Of a stretch of DNA of 64,000 nucleotides, positions 51,590 to 64,000 are shown piece after piece. The DNA is from Octopus bimaculoides (lineage: Eukaryota), in assembly GCF_001194135.2 (NCBI RefSeq), contig NC_069003.1, positions 29,476,543 to 29,540,542 on the forward strand, in the 5' to 3' direction. The position numbers were made by a program, and so were the translations under genes. Each line of letters opens with the position of its first letter. The stretch's first letter is position 1. The notes under the pieces are model-generated. The model had not been told where the DNA came from and did no database searches. It saw only the letters and a program-made list of their open reading frames with translations.

Positions 51590-53451
51590 GTAAGTATTTC
51601 TATGTACTTCTATGATTTCTATGACTATTCAAATAGTTGGAGTCATGGTGTTTCCAATTGTTGTGGCGAATCAGTAATAATGATACACCTTCCCAGCGAC
51701 TGATGAAGAGATACTTTTACTTTCTATGTAATTACTTCAGCCATCCCTAAACAAACGAATCTAAATCTATATTTGCTAGTTGATGTAGGTGCCTTTATAG
51801 TCAGACGCAACTATCGACATCTTTTTCCCGAACCTCCCAAGCCCAACAGAATATGGGAGTTGGGCTGCATTGGCACTTGTCTGGTACTTGTTTCAGATTA
51901 GTAGACGGGGGCAAAATGAAATGAAATGCTTTATTCAGGTACACAATGTATCACCAGTCCGAGCCATCGAACCCATGACGTTATAATCGGAAATACAACA
52001 TTAGCTATTAAGGCAAGCACCTGCCCTTTATTTGTATTTAGATGCATGTTTGTGTATATGTGTGTATGTATGTGTGTGTTAGCACGTAATGAATGAAATC
52101 GATGTATTTGCATTTAATTCCTCCCGAGATAGCTTCTTTCATATGAAGGTCGGTTTGCCTTTTGTTACTTTCGAGCTCGTTAAACTAAGCAACTGCTAAA
52201 GTTGTGATGTCGATATAATCAACTAAATCTCGCTTAAAGGCGGTTTCAAAGCTTTTGACCATAGTCCAATGATTGAAATCACGGAAAAAAGATAAAAGAC
52301 ACCATTAAATATCATATATGGTAACGTGTTGGTATTGTACGTTCCAATTCTCCGTCCTCTTTCAATTCTCAGTGATAATATATCACAAACGCGTCGATCT
52401 GTTGTCTAGGATACATCTAAAGATTCAATTAAGTGCAGAAGAAATAGTGTTAAAAGAATGAACTTAGGTAGAAACTAGTTGAAAACACATTTATAATATA
52501 ACTGGAAAATTTTAGAAATGAAATTGTAGAACGTTGAAAGACCGAATGAAAATCTATCATCTTGAGGACGAGTTAAGTTAGTTCCAAAACCAACTGCTTT
52601 GTTTCTTTAGTTTATCATACTGAAGGAACTACTTCAATGTAGACTACGTAAGCTTATTATCAGATGGAATTTACTAAGCTAGCTCTGAAGTTAAAACGCA
52701 TTACATAGACATACATTGCTTTTATGAATAATGATTTCTTTTATGGGGAATGTAAAGAATTCAGCACGTTTAAAACGACTGCACAAACATGAATAGCATA
52801 ATCTGTGAGAAGCAGTACACATTGTGAAATGTGTGAAAGTGGCCTTTGTAGTGTGTTGGAAAATATTATTAAAATGTCAATATTGAAATTTTGCATGGCT
52901 TCATCGTTATATAAGATTAAGCAGCCTTCAACTAAAAGCTGTTTGCACAGTTGTAACATATGTTTGTTGACATAGATTACACGAAAAGTTAGTCGAGCGT
53001 AATAAATGTTGAATGCACACTTGTTTGTGAAATGCAAAAATGAAATTTTTCGATAGTTGAAAAACCAATAAACAAACAAGACAAAAAGTAGTTTAAATTC
53101 CCATTTATTGAGTTTGAAAAAATACAAAAATAGGAATGGAAAGAAAAAAATGATTTTTTGCGAATTTATTTAAAGAAACACAAATAGGACTTCTAAAAAG
53201 AAAACAATATTGTACATTTATGTAGGAAAGCAGAAGAAAAATGAAATGAAAGATATTTTCTTATATTAAGAAGGATGTGGTTGGTTTTATTTATTTAGAA
53301 AACACTCGTTTGGAAAAGTTTCAGAATATAATTATTTGTTACAAATAGAACTTCTTCCCTCGCCTACGTCGTCGTCCTATCCAGTCACGGTAATACATGC
53401 TATGCACTTACTTCGATATTCCAACCTTTCTGCCCCTTTAACATCATTTAT

Positions 53452-53620
53452 CTTTCACTTGTTTCAGTCATTGGATAGCATCCATAGTTGAAGACATCAA
53501 TACCAGTACATGAATTTTTCAGCGAGGTATTTTATCCTATCGGTCTTTTTGCACAGCCGACAGGTTATGAAGACGTAATCAAACGAATCCCACCAATTTT
53601 TAAGAGGTGGTGAAAATCAA
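53452..53620 (-). mobile_element. SINE family B, decayed 3' half
   Basis: ttcacttgtttcagtcattgga...tatcctatcggtc...ttatgaagacgtaa. Confidence 0.65.
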
Positions 53621-53895
53621 ACACACGCACGCACACAAACACACACTCACACATACACACGCAAACACACACACACTCAAACAAATACACACACATATAC
53701 ATATACAAAATATTAGATAGCTGAAAAGAACGAATAGCATAGTACCGTAGGCTGCAGGTAGTAAGCCCTCTACGTATGCAAGACACTAGGAGCTCCAACA
53801 AAACCTGTGATAAAGAGAAAATAATTAATAATAATAATGATTTATTATCATTATTATTATTATTATTATTGTTGTTGTTGTTGCTGCTGCTATTA

Positions 53896-54110
53896 AGGCG
53901 AGATGGCAGAATCGTTAGTATGCCGGGCAAAATGTATAGCGTCATGTTTTTTCCGAAGTTCTGAGTTCAAATTCTACCGATGTCGACTTTGCCTTTCATC
54001 CTTTCGTGGTAGATAAATTAAGTACCAGTGAAACACTGGGGTGCGATGTAATCGAATAGTCCCCCCATCCTCCAAAATTTTAGGCCATGTGCATTTAACA
54101 GAAAGAATTG
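53896..54110 (+). mobile_element. SINE family A, near full length
   Basis: ggcgagatggcagaatcgttag...ttctgagttcaaattc...ctttgcctttcatcctttcgtggtagataaattaagtaccag. Confidence 0.9.
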
Positions 54111-54567
54111 TTGTTGTTGCTGTTGTTGTTGTTGTCGTCGTGTTATCTTATTCATAACCACAGGTTTCAATGCCATTCCACTTCTAACCTCGTTACATTT
54201 GACTTGTTAATTTGAACTATAAATTTTACCACCGGATGAATAGCCGGAAAGAGCACATCATCAGACAGTTATCACAATCTGGAATCATAGATGACATGCT
54301 TATATATGGAGAAACACAATAATTAAGAATATAAATGAAATGTCATATTAATACCAGTAATGATACAAAAGGCATTAAGGAAAGATTGGACAATAATAAA
54401 ATCACAATAAAAGCCACAGCTTTGATGATATTAGAAATATCAGCAGCCACGACAATAACGACGACCGTAACATCTCTACCGTTAGTTCTAAGAATCATAC
54501 TGAGAAACTAATATTGAAATTAATAACAGCATCAAAAGTAAGAACAATAGCATTAAAGGTTACAGAG

Positions 54568-54643
<76 letters not shown>

Positions 54644-54677
54644 TAATAATAATAATGATGATGATGATGATAATAAT
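54568..54677. repeat. (AAT)n/(GAT)n microsatellite
   Basis: Direct reading. Confidence 0.95.
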
Positions 54678-54719
54678 ATTTTGAAAGGATTCACGTAACT
54701 CTTCACAAAGGTAAATATA

Positions 54720-55000
54720 CAATACGGAGAGCGCGATGCGATTGCAATAGATATTTTATTAGTTGAACGATATTTCGACATTGAGTCTGTCTTTGTCGAG
54801 TTTTCATTGAAAAGTGATACAGAGAAATTCAAAATTATAGAATTTGGATTTGAATTTGAATTTCTATAATTTTGAATTTCTATAATTTTGAATTTCTATG
54901 TATCACTTTTCATTTTGACCTCGACAAAGACAAGCCAGCTGTCGAAATATCGTCCAACTAATAATATATGTATTGCAATCGCATCGCGCTCTTCGTATTG
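54720..55000. mobile_element. Palindromic MITE-like element, 281 bp
   Basis: caatacggagagcgcgatgcgattgc...gcaatcgcatcgcgctcttcgtattg; arms pair over about 120 bp; 16-bp tandem repeat near the axis. Confidence 0.85.
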
Positions 55001-56662
55001 TCTAATAATAATAATGATGATAATAATAATTATTATAATAATAATTGCATTAAGAATTGTATGGAAATGCATAAAATAGCGCCTACACTGTGAAGCCTTT
55101 TGTTTGTAATTATGAGATCATGGGGAGCCACACTGTCCCCATACTCAATTAAGTTATCTCCTTCATAGTGTTGCCGCCTACTAGATTTTAACTTACGTAT
55201 CATCGAAAAATATTGTATTCAGAGTCTTTGTGTCCACATAGCTAACTGTCTCTGCTTTTGCCTTTTCAGTGTCGCCTGTTGCCCGTTTTTGTTTTTTTTT
55301 CGCTATTTAAACATAGTCCTATACTACCACCATGACACCTAAGAAAAGAACTGGCCCTGATCGTAAAACAGAGCCTGCTTCAGCTGCCAAGGGGAGGGTG
55401 GGCCATGTTTCTCTCATGGCCAGTTATATGTCGGATGCTCTAGAGTTAGAAGCGAAGAAAATCTATTCGTACTTGCCCCTAATGGCAAAAAGAAAAATGT
55501 GGCCAACAGAAAAGTGTTGTAGGCACTTCATGCGCCATTTGCTTTCAAATTCCTGAATCTCGGTGCCTCCACTACACCAGTGCAACCTTGCAGACCTGAT
55601 ATGTGATGAGTGCTAAAGTAGTCATGCTTTCAAATTTACTAACTTTCCTCAACCATAATTCTTTTCCTCTGCCCAACCTATCTTTGTCATCTGTTTTCAC
55701 AGTGTTTCACATTTCACAGCCATAATTCCGTTGCTTTCGATGTAAACGAAAGAAAAAGGCCCTTTTCAGGGCCACTTTACATACGACTGTTACACCATAT
55801 GAGAACGCATTACAGCCCTTCTCAAGACTCCGTATCAAACTGTTAATGCTTGCGTTCAGCGTTACTCGGCGACCAATTTTGTTACAATTTGGTGTTGACG
55901 TTATTAATGACATAGGAAATTTACTAGTTATCAAATCCTTGTAGTCTTTGAATCCCGAGCAACGCCGGGCACTTCTGCAAGTATGTAATAAAGTATGGAA
56001 AAAGGCATATGGCAAAATCTTGTACTCAGGAAATAACTAAATTACGCGACTGAATTCTGCTTATGACTAAAACAAAAATTCAGATTATAATTTAATGACT
56101 AAAAGCTAAAATCAAAAATTAAAAACATTTAAAGTAGAAAATAAGAAAATAAAAAATAAAAATCTAAAATGTTGTGTGAAGGGTTAAAAATTGAAAGATG
56201 AAGAACTTTAAAATATCTTAAGATATAAATTAAATTCAAAAACTTAAAACGATATTTAAAAAACATAAAACTTTAAAAATATTGGAGAAATTGTCTTTAA
56301 GGAGTACGAAGGTTGAATTATTTAAGTTAAAGTTAAAATATTAAAGTTTCAGTATGTAAAGCAAAATTTTAAAATTTACGGTTTAACAACGCCTGTTCTT
56401 GTTAATGGAATTTGAAGAAACGTTTAAAGGTTGTCAAGTTTATAATTAGATTTAAGTATTAGATAATGAAAGGTTTTAAAATGTCAACAGGGAGGGTTTG
56501 GATGAAATTATAAAATATGAAAAAACGAAGACATAGGGAATATGATGATATGAAATATAAGAGTATGTTTAGAATATATATCCATAGTACTGTGGAAATT
56601 GCCAACAATGCAAGATACCTCTAAAAATGAGAAGTGGGTATGATTTATCAAAGTGTTTAGTA

Positions 56663-56802
56663 CAGGTGCAGGCATGGTTATATGATAAAAAAATTTGCTT
56701 TTCAACCACATGGATCAGGGTTCAGTTCCACTACGTGGCACTTTGGGAAAGTAACTTCTACTATTACCCCGAGACGGCTAAAGCTTTGTCCGTGGATTTA
56801 TA

Positions 56803-56805
<3 letters not shown>
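56663..56805 (+). mobile_element. SINE family B, 5' half
   Basis: caaccacatggatcagggttcagttccactacgtggcactttggg. Confidence 0.8.
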
Positions 56806-56835
<30 letters not shown>

Positions 56836-56910
56836 GCACTGTCTCTCTCTCTCTCTCTCCCTCAGTTTTCCTCTTTTGCTCTCTCGTTGCACGCACATTA
56901 ATACGATATA

Positions 56911-56956
<46 letters not shown>

Positions 56957-56976
56957 CATACATACATACATACATA

Positions 56977-57780
56977 CTTTGTCTGATCAATAAGTATCAG
57001 GGCTGTTGCCATAGTAACGAAGCTACGGCATGCAGAGTAAAGAAGCTTGGCAACGATTGACCTTGAACTCTGTTCTGCATGCGCACTAAGTTTTATCGTT
57101 CTAGCTCACTTTCGCTATTTACAGCAGTGCTTTGAAGGAAGATGTGTAGCATGTGACCGTCGCATTGACCATAGCAGAAAATGTAGTCATGGCGATACCT
57201 GCTCAGATGCCCGCCCAAAGTTGCAGAAAGTGTGTGGAGAGGAGTGTATGAGCTGCATACAAGCTTAAGAGTGGTTCAGTGGTTTCCAAGATGGCCCAAA
57301 AAATGTCGATATTGACGAAAGTTGTGAAAGATCTACAACCAACAGAACTGAGACAAACATCGCAGAGGGGAAGGCGTCGAAACACCATCCGTGAGTTATG
57401 AGAGGGTGTGCAGATTAGTTACGGTTCAGTTCAGTCCATTATCACTGGTTCAGTTGCACAAGATCTCCTTGATTGTGTCGAGAACGATGAAAATTGTTTG
57501 AAAACTTTGCGTAGGTGTCTGAGCGGGTATCGCCAAGCTTTCAGCAAAATTTGATGCAGATTCTCTGCTCAACTTTCTCTGTCATGTTCAGTGCGGCGAT
57601 CACACTCTACACACCTTCCTTCGAAGCACTACTTGTAAACAGTAGAAGTCAGCTAAAGCGTTAAAACTTAGTGCGCATGCACAGTAGCATTCAAGGTCAA
57701 TTTGTATCAAGCGGCTTTACTTGGTGTATCTTAGCCTCGTTACTATGGCAACAGTCCTGTTACTTATTGTTCAGACCACG
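56977..57780. mobile_element. Non-autonomous mariner derivative made of two inverted 5' ends
   Basis: TA-flanked TIRs (gtctga[t/a]caataagta[t/a]cagg[g/a]ctg). Plus strand: GDTCSDARPKLQKVCGEECMSCIQA*EWFSGFQDG...VAQDLLDCVENDENCLKT. Minus strand from 57585: MTEKVEQRICIKFC*KLGDTRSDTYAK. Confidence 0.85.
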
Positions 57781-58029
57781 TATATATTGTATGTGTGTGT
57801 GTTCCTGTATGTATTAGAGAGAGAGAGAGAGAAAGAGAGAGGCAGAGGAAGGCAGAGAGAGAAAGGGAGAAAGAGTGACGAAGAGATGAGGTGTGTGTGT
57901 GTGTATGTATTACATACAATAATGTATATTATTGATCCTTTGTGAATGAACCGAACCATAAAGTCATAATGAATTAGATAATATCCGTATTAAAGATTAT
58001 ACACCACCTACGCCATTGGTAGCATCTAA

Positions 58030-58430
58030 TATGCCAACAGGAAAAGGATTATTAAGAAGTTAGATATTAACTAAGAACGGGAAATGATATAAAGGTTAAA
58101 TGTGGTATTGATAAACGTGTTATCATGAAAGCGGAGCTTGAAACAATTAGGAAACTAATCTCCTGTTTATCTACATCATGGAAAACCGAAGACAATTATA
58201 ACTGCTGGGAGATCATAGACAATTATATAGAAAGAGAGAAACTTATGAATGGGGAAAAGTTGAAAGGGAGGACCTCAAAAGCTCGGAACTAATAAACTAT
58301 CGTGATCGATCGATTTGTTTAGGCTGACCGAAGCTAAGATTAAAGGAAAACGAATTCGGTCGAATAGATGGATTTGTTATCGAACAGCAAAGATTCGCTC
58401 AATAAAACCGAAATGTATTCTGAGAAGATA
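58030..58430 (+). mobile_element. Decayed R4/Dong-like RT fragment
   Basis: NDIKVKCGIDKRVIMKAELE...EDNYNCWEII (cf. DDI.MEFG+DKC...+K.G......YKYLGI). Confidence 0.5.
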
Positions 58431-58861
58431 TGACTCCTTGTATTATATATGTTTGAATGCGTGTTTATGCGTATGTATCGGTATGTGTTTATATATGTGT
58501 TTATATATGTATGTATGTATGTATGCATAACAATGTTGCAGCTAAGATGAATTGAACAATCAGATTATAAAGTGATCGAATGTAGTTTCTGATTGGTTTA
58601 ATTATAGGACAGCTATCATGCTGGAGCACCGGGTGAAAGGAATTTCTGCTGGCATATAACGTCTTATATCTTATATCTTCATGTCTTGATAACCAAAAAC
58701 CTAATCGACCCTAGAACAAAATGATATAATCTAGATCGATTTAAATTCCCCAATGTATCTTTGTATTGCAAATCACCCCACACTGATATCACACGAAAAC
58801 ATATATCCATAAACACACAAATACATATACATTTTTCGGGGGTGGGGGTGTCAATGAAACA

Positions 58862-59062
58862 TGAGCGGGGTGCTAAAAAGTTCCCCGCTTTAAGAGTATC
58901 GCGAAAGACCAAACATTCCGAGTTCTTTTACAGAGCTCAGAAAAACTGAAAGACTGCTGCAATAAGTGTGTGAATCAGAGAAAATGTTGAATAAAATCAT
59001 AATTAACTAATCTTCCTGTAGTCTTTTTTATCCAAAGCCAGGAACTTTTCAGCAACCCCTCG
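58862..59062 (+). mobile_element. Mariner MITE, about 200 bp
   Basis: TIRs tgagcggggtgctaaaaagttcc / ggaacttttcagcaacccctcg-TA; internal aataagtgtgtgaat...atgttgaataa resembles the mariner C-terminus (NKCV...YVE*). Confidence 0.75.
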
Positions 59063-59712
59063 TAATGTGCCAGTTTTATACAGATTTCTATGACATCCAA
59101 TAAACCCCTCCCAAACTTTCAGGCCTTGTGCTCAAGCTAGAAGCAATTATTGTATTCTATATTTCGTAAACGTCATTTCATACATCAATACGATTGAATA
59201 ATTCCCTACCTTGGCTGAATATAATTTAGTCTTACCTAAGTAATAGATAATGCATTATACCATATTCTGACGTTCTGCTATTTGTAAAAACATAATTATT
59301 AATCACTGATGCATAACATTTTAGTCTATTATATTCTTATTTATTGCCTGAACTGTTTTTTACTTACTATTCAGGTTATCATGCTCCGATGGCTGCCTGG
59401 TTCGGTAACTCTACACAGCAAAGCCTCTTTGTATATATATGATTGTCACTATCCTAGATGTATTTTCCTTTCTATTATCAATCGCGATACATTATATTTA
59501 CTTTTATAGTACATATAACAAACACAATTTCATAGAAGTGTTTACTTTTTTAGCATTATCGAGTGACTGTCGTTTAATACCACGTTTTTATTTGAGTCTG
59601 TCTAAACAATTTTGATACTGAGATATGTATGCGAACGCATTTGTACGCATGTATATATCTATCTACCTATATGTATATATGAATATATATATTTACCCAC
59701 AATCTGGTATCA

Positions 59713-59761
<49 letters not shown>

Positions 59762-59947
59762 CATTTATGCATATATAAGTGTATAGGATGTGTATTTATA
59801 GGTGTATATTAAAACAGCGATATCTGTTTGCACTTATATAGTTCTATATGTGTACATATTCATTTATATGTAAAATTTGTTCATATTTAAGTGAGTATAT
59901 ATGTCTGTGTGTTTGTAAACATGTATGTGTATATATATACATATTAA

Positions 59948-60175
59948 GGTGCTAGATATATACACCAACATACATAATTAATGTGCTAGATCTAAGTTCG
60001 AGTAATTCACCATTTTTAATGTTAATATAAAGCAGGAATAGATAAATAGATATGAAGTAGTCGTAATAGACATAAAAAAATAAATAGCGTTAAAAAATTA
60101 TAAAAACACAAGATATTACATAGATGACTTAAATATATATATATATATTTATATGTCTATACATATATATGTGTA

Positions 60176-60214
<39 letters not shown>

Positions 60215-60679
60215 TTATATGTATCTATATATATACGTCTATATATATATAGGCATTTAATATATATATTTTTAATATATGTATATTTATATCAGTTTAA
60301 TTTATTATTTTCTAATTTTTTGATAATGTAAATTTTATACTTTAGTTCATGGAACTAGATCTATCAAATAAAGTGCAAAACTTATATTATTAAAAAAATT
60401 TTAAATAATAAATTAAACATTAAAATTACCAGTGAAATAATTCTTGTTCTTTCTTCAAATGGACCTAACTGTACCAAGGCTCTCACATATTTGTATATAT
60501 ATGTATACACGTGGGTTGTGTGTGTTTATATATAGTTGTATCTGTTTTTCTTTTTTTTTTTTTGCATATATACACATTCGAGTCAATGGTTGTGTATGCA
60601 GCTGACGATGCCAGTATAGGTGCGCTTCTGTATAGGATATATCTATATATGTGCATGTATCTATATACGTATGTATATG

Positions 60680-60750
<71 letters not shown>

Positions 60751-61335
60751 CTATTTATGTATGTGTATTTCTATATGTATTTCTATATATGTATAGTTAT
60801 GCATTCGTATGCATACATTTGTATTTATTTGTATTTATATGTATTTATATGCATGTGTATTTCTATACTTATGTGCACATATGCATATATCTGTGTGTGT
60901 TGTACTGTTTGTTACCGTGTGGTCTCTCTGTATATTAATGTTTATAAGAGAATACAGATATGTGAGTAATGCTGTGTATTTTGTAATACTTCTCTGCACG
61001 TGCTTCTATGTAGCCGCAAGTAGTTTTAGTTTCCCTACAATTCATTGGGCTAAAAACTATTTTGAATCGGAGTTAGAGAACGTACTTAAAATTAGGGTCG
61101 TTAAGTTTTTATATATATTCTTTTGACCTTTGAAAATTATTCTTGGTTTATACTTTATATCTCAAGCTTTCCGTTGCCTATTTAATTCATCGATACGATA
61201 TATTGTGTTTTTATACTATTTTAATGCTATTCATTTTTTTTAAAATTTTGCTATGACTACTCTCTATCTATTTATCTATTCCTGTTTTATATCAACATGA
61301 AATATCGTGAATTACTCGAACTTAGATCTAGCACC
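59948..61335. mobile_element. Non-autonomous DNA transposon with long TIRs and TTAA TSD (Kolobok-like)
   Basis: TTAA-GGTGCTAGAT ... ATCTAGCACC-TTAA; perfect 28-bp inverted repeat 59983-60010 / 61307-61334, extending inward about 150 bp at about 80% identity. Confidence 0.75.
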
Positions 61336-61873
61336 TTAATTGATCTGAAACAACACAGCTTTATTTTTACTGACCATACCAATTAATTTTTCCTAGGCTA
61401 GGTCTTCCATATATTTCATATATAAAAAGAAATGTTTTATGTATCGTTGGTGCAGCCATGATATTCTAAAGATCTGTTAAGCTAACTTGGTTGATTTAGA
61501 TTGGTTGGAAAATATACAATTGCATTATGTAATACGTAGCATGGATATTAATGCAGACATATAAATATAATTTGTTGAACACTGAAATACTTATTACATA
61601 AAGAAAGTTGCGAAACGGCCGTAATCTTAAGCTTGTCAATTGGTTACATAAATATGTTCACCTGACATACCTCCTGGCTTTTAATGATTTCTATACTCCT
61701 TGTGAATATTTTCACCGACGGGATCTCTTAGATTTAAACAGCATAGAGCTGTGCATTTTACGTCCCTGTATTCGATTATTATGTGGTCTGTTAGCTGAGT
61801 CCGTTAGAGGTGCTTTCTGGGAAAGTCAAGCGATGCTCTGAATCTTTATATTATAATCTATGCATAGAGATGC

Positions 61874-61874
<1 letters not shown>

Positions 61875-61931
<57 letters not shown>

Positions 61932-62008
61932 GGACGGACGGACGGACGGACGGACGGACGGATGGACGGATGCATGGATGGATGGATGGATGGATGGATG
62001 GATGGATG
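61875..62008. repeat. Stepwise tetranucleotide array GATA>GACA>GACG>GATG
   Basis: Direct reading. Confidence 0.95.
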
Positions 62009-62519
62009 AAACTTAGAACACAAAGGCAGGAAACCAACAAAAGAGAGCATCTTGCCTGCAGCTCTCTTTAAATTGATAATCTATGCATCAAACTTGGGGA
62101 AAAGATATACAAAGTTGACCTCGATAAGATTCTATCACAAACAGAGGTCTAGCGGTTCGACTTAAAGCCCCCAAAACAGTGTTACAGCATGGCCGCAGTT
62201 CAGTGACTGAAATCAGTAAATCATAAGCGATGAACGCTTTGGTAATCTCGAGGCTTGTATCGTGGGAGCGAACCTAAAACTACCAAGTCAGGAAACGAAT
62301 TTCCTATACAAACTAAATTGCTTTCACTAAACACATAAAGTAAAGGCAAAAAAAAAATATATAAATTCTAAAATTTTATTTGATAATTAAAAGAATGTAC
62401 ACATAAGAGAATTATTGCTGAAATGAAACAATAAAACTGGAGGAAATGTATTCCCTCAGCGCAAATGTCTTCTATTAATTCACAGAGCGAAGAAACTGCG
62501 TAACTTTAGAGCATTAGAA

Positions 62520-63030
62520 TAATAGCTGGTCTGATATATTCAGATGATTATGATGATGACGATGATGATAAGGAGGATTGTGATGGTGGTGGTGGTGGTN
62601 NNNNNNNNNTTGGAGTGAAGTGGAGGTGGAGCTGGTGGTGGTTGCTTGTGTTGTTGTTGTTGTTGTTGTTGCTGTTGTTGTAGGTGGTGGTGGTGGTGGT
62701 AACTGGTGATAACTGATGTGACGGTGTTGGTGCTGATGATGTACGAGGAGATAGGGATCGCGAGGAGGAGTGGGAGGGATGATGATAAATGTGACGGTGG
62801 GTGGTGCCAAGGATGATGGTGATGATGATGATGATGATGATGGTGGTAGTAGGAGTGGCAATAGTGGTGGCGATGGTGGTGATGATGATGGCGATGGTAA
62901 TGTTGATAATGGTACTGCTGACATTACGGCATTGTTGGTGGTGCTGCTGCTGATACTGGGGGAGGCAGCGGTGAAACTGATGAAGACGGGGTGATGATAA
63001 TGATGATGATGACGATAATGATGAAGACGA
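62520..63030. repeat. Low-complexity (GAT/GGT/GTT)n tract containing gap 62600-62609
   Basis: Direct reading. Confidence 0.9.
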
Positions 63031-63068
63031 TACATGGAACTATCTATCCTTATATATATATATATAAA

Positions 63069-63130
<62 letters not shown>

Positions 63131-63257
63131 CAGGGTGTTCACAAAGACTGGGTACATGGAGTAAATAAAATCATAACATAAACAATTAAATATAAGAAAT
63201 AATAATTTCTTAAAGTATGTGTTAATCCCCATGTACCCAGACTTTGTGGACACCGTG
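63131..63257. mobile_element. Tc1/mariner MITE, 127 bp, TA TSD
   Basis: TA-cagggtgttcacaaagactgggtacatgg ... ccatgtacccagactttgtggacaccgtg-TA. Confidence 0.85.
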
Positions 63258-63439
63258 TATAGTCCAGCGGTCTGAACTTGGGCAGCTCCTGTGTATGTGA
63301 ATCTTCTCCAGCATTATTCTATCGAACATGGGAGAGCCCCTTACTCTCCCGTGCTGCAGTTAAGTAGATTACTGGAATCTGATGACTAGTTCTGAGATGT
63401 ATACTAGTGTGGTCTCCTGTTGCCACCTCTTGGTAGATA

Positions 63440-63522
63440 GGATTTGAACTCAGAATGTAAGGGGCCGGACGGATGATACACCATAAAGCATTTTTGCCGA
63501 TCTGCCTACGATTCTGTCACCT
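63440..63522 (-). mobile_element. SINE family A head
   Basis: atttgaactcagaatgtaag...aagcatttttgccg...acgattctgtcacctc. Confidence 0.7.
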
Positions 63523-63559
63523 CCCCCCCCCCTCCATACACACACACACACCTGGAGAG

Positions 63560-63660
63560 GAAGGGAAATGAAGTGTTCGGGTCAAGAACACTTGATGCTG
63601 CTCGGTTCGGGAACTGAACTCATGACCTGGCGTCCTGAGTACCACACCCTATTATACTAT
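63560..63660 (-). mobile_element. SINE family C head
   Basis: gaaatgaagtgttcgggtcaagaacac...actgaactcatgacc. Confidence 0.55.
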
Positions 63661-63852
63661 TCGTTTCAAATTTTGGCACATGGCCAGTAATTTGGGGGTG
63701 GGGGCTTTAATCGATTACATCGATACCGGGGCTCAACAGGCTCGAAATAATGAAAGGCGAAATCGACCGCGGAAGCATTTGAACTGAGAACATGAAGACA
63801 GACAAGATGCTGCTTAGCACTTTGCTCGGTGTGATAACGAATCTGCAAGCTC
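63661..63852 (-). mobile_element. SINE family A
   Basis: aaattttggcacatggccag...atgaaaggcgaaatcgacc...atttgaactgagaac...ttagcactttgc. Confidence 0.75.
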
Positions 63853-64000
63853 TACACCTTACCTATTAAGAATTAATTTCGATATTTATCGCTTACATAA
63901 TATTACATTGTAAGTCCGTGATAAAACTAGGCGAGGCAGCAACAAATTTAACCAACAACTTTTAAGGAAGAACATTAACAAACGATTTTCTCTACAATAT

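Noticed and set aside
63326-63353. 10-bp GC-rich hairpin catgggagag/ctctcccgtg
   Set aside because: Too short to be significant; bacterial terminator logic does not apply.

Overview
AT-rich, gapped (13 N-runs, about 6.1 kb) eukaryotic scaffold that by its repeat families is almost certainly an Octopus genome (inference from the tRNA-derived SINE families and the microsatellite load). No intact, recognisable protein-coding gene, rRNA, tRNA or CRISPR array is supported; nearly all ORFs in the track are artefacts of N-runs or microsatellites. The window contains: several SINE families (A, B, C, D, my labels); decayed LINE fragments (RTE, Hero-like, R4/Dong-like, Tx1/L1-like); DNA-transposon derivatives (mariner, piggyBac-like, Kolobok-like, palindromic MITEs); and a compact multi-exon minus-strand gene remnant at about 44.2-47.0 kb with canonical splice sites but stops and frameshifts. 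Most interesting: (1) a tRNA-headed SINE-like repeat whose 3' part folds into a minimal type I hammerhead ribozyme, in 3 copies, one with a compensatory base pair; (2) a composite at 23.2-24.6 kb in which two outward-facing hammerhead tails flank a Dong-like LINE end that abuts the (AAT)n tract; (3) a roughly 300-bp, about 96% identical inverted duplication around a SINE; (4) a mariner derivative built from two 5' ends; (5) a near-perfect 105-nt hairpin. All alignments were done by eye, so coordinates of decayed elements are approximate.
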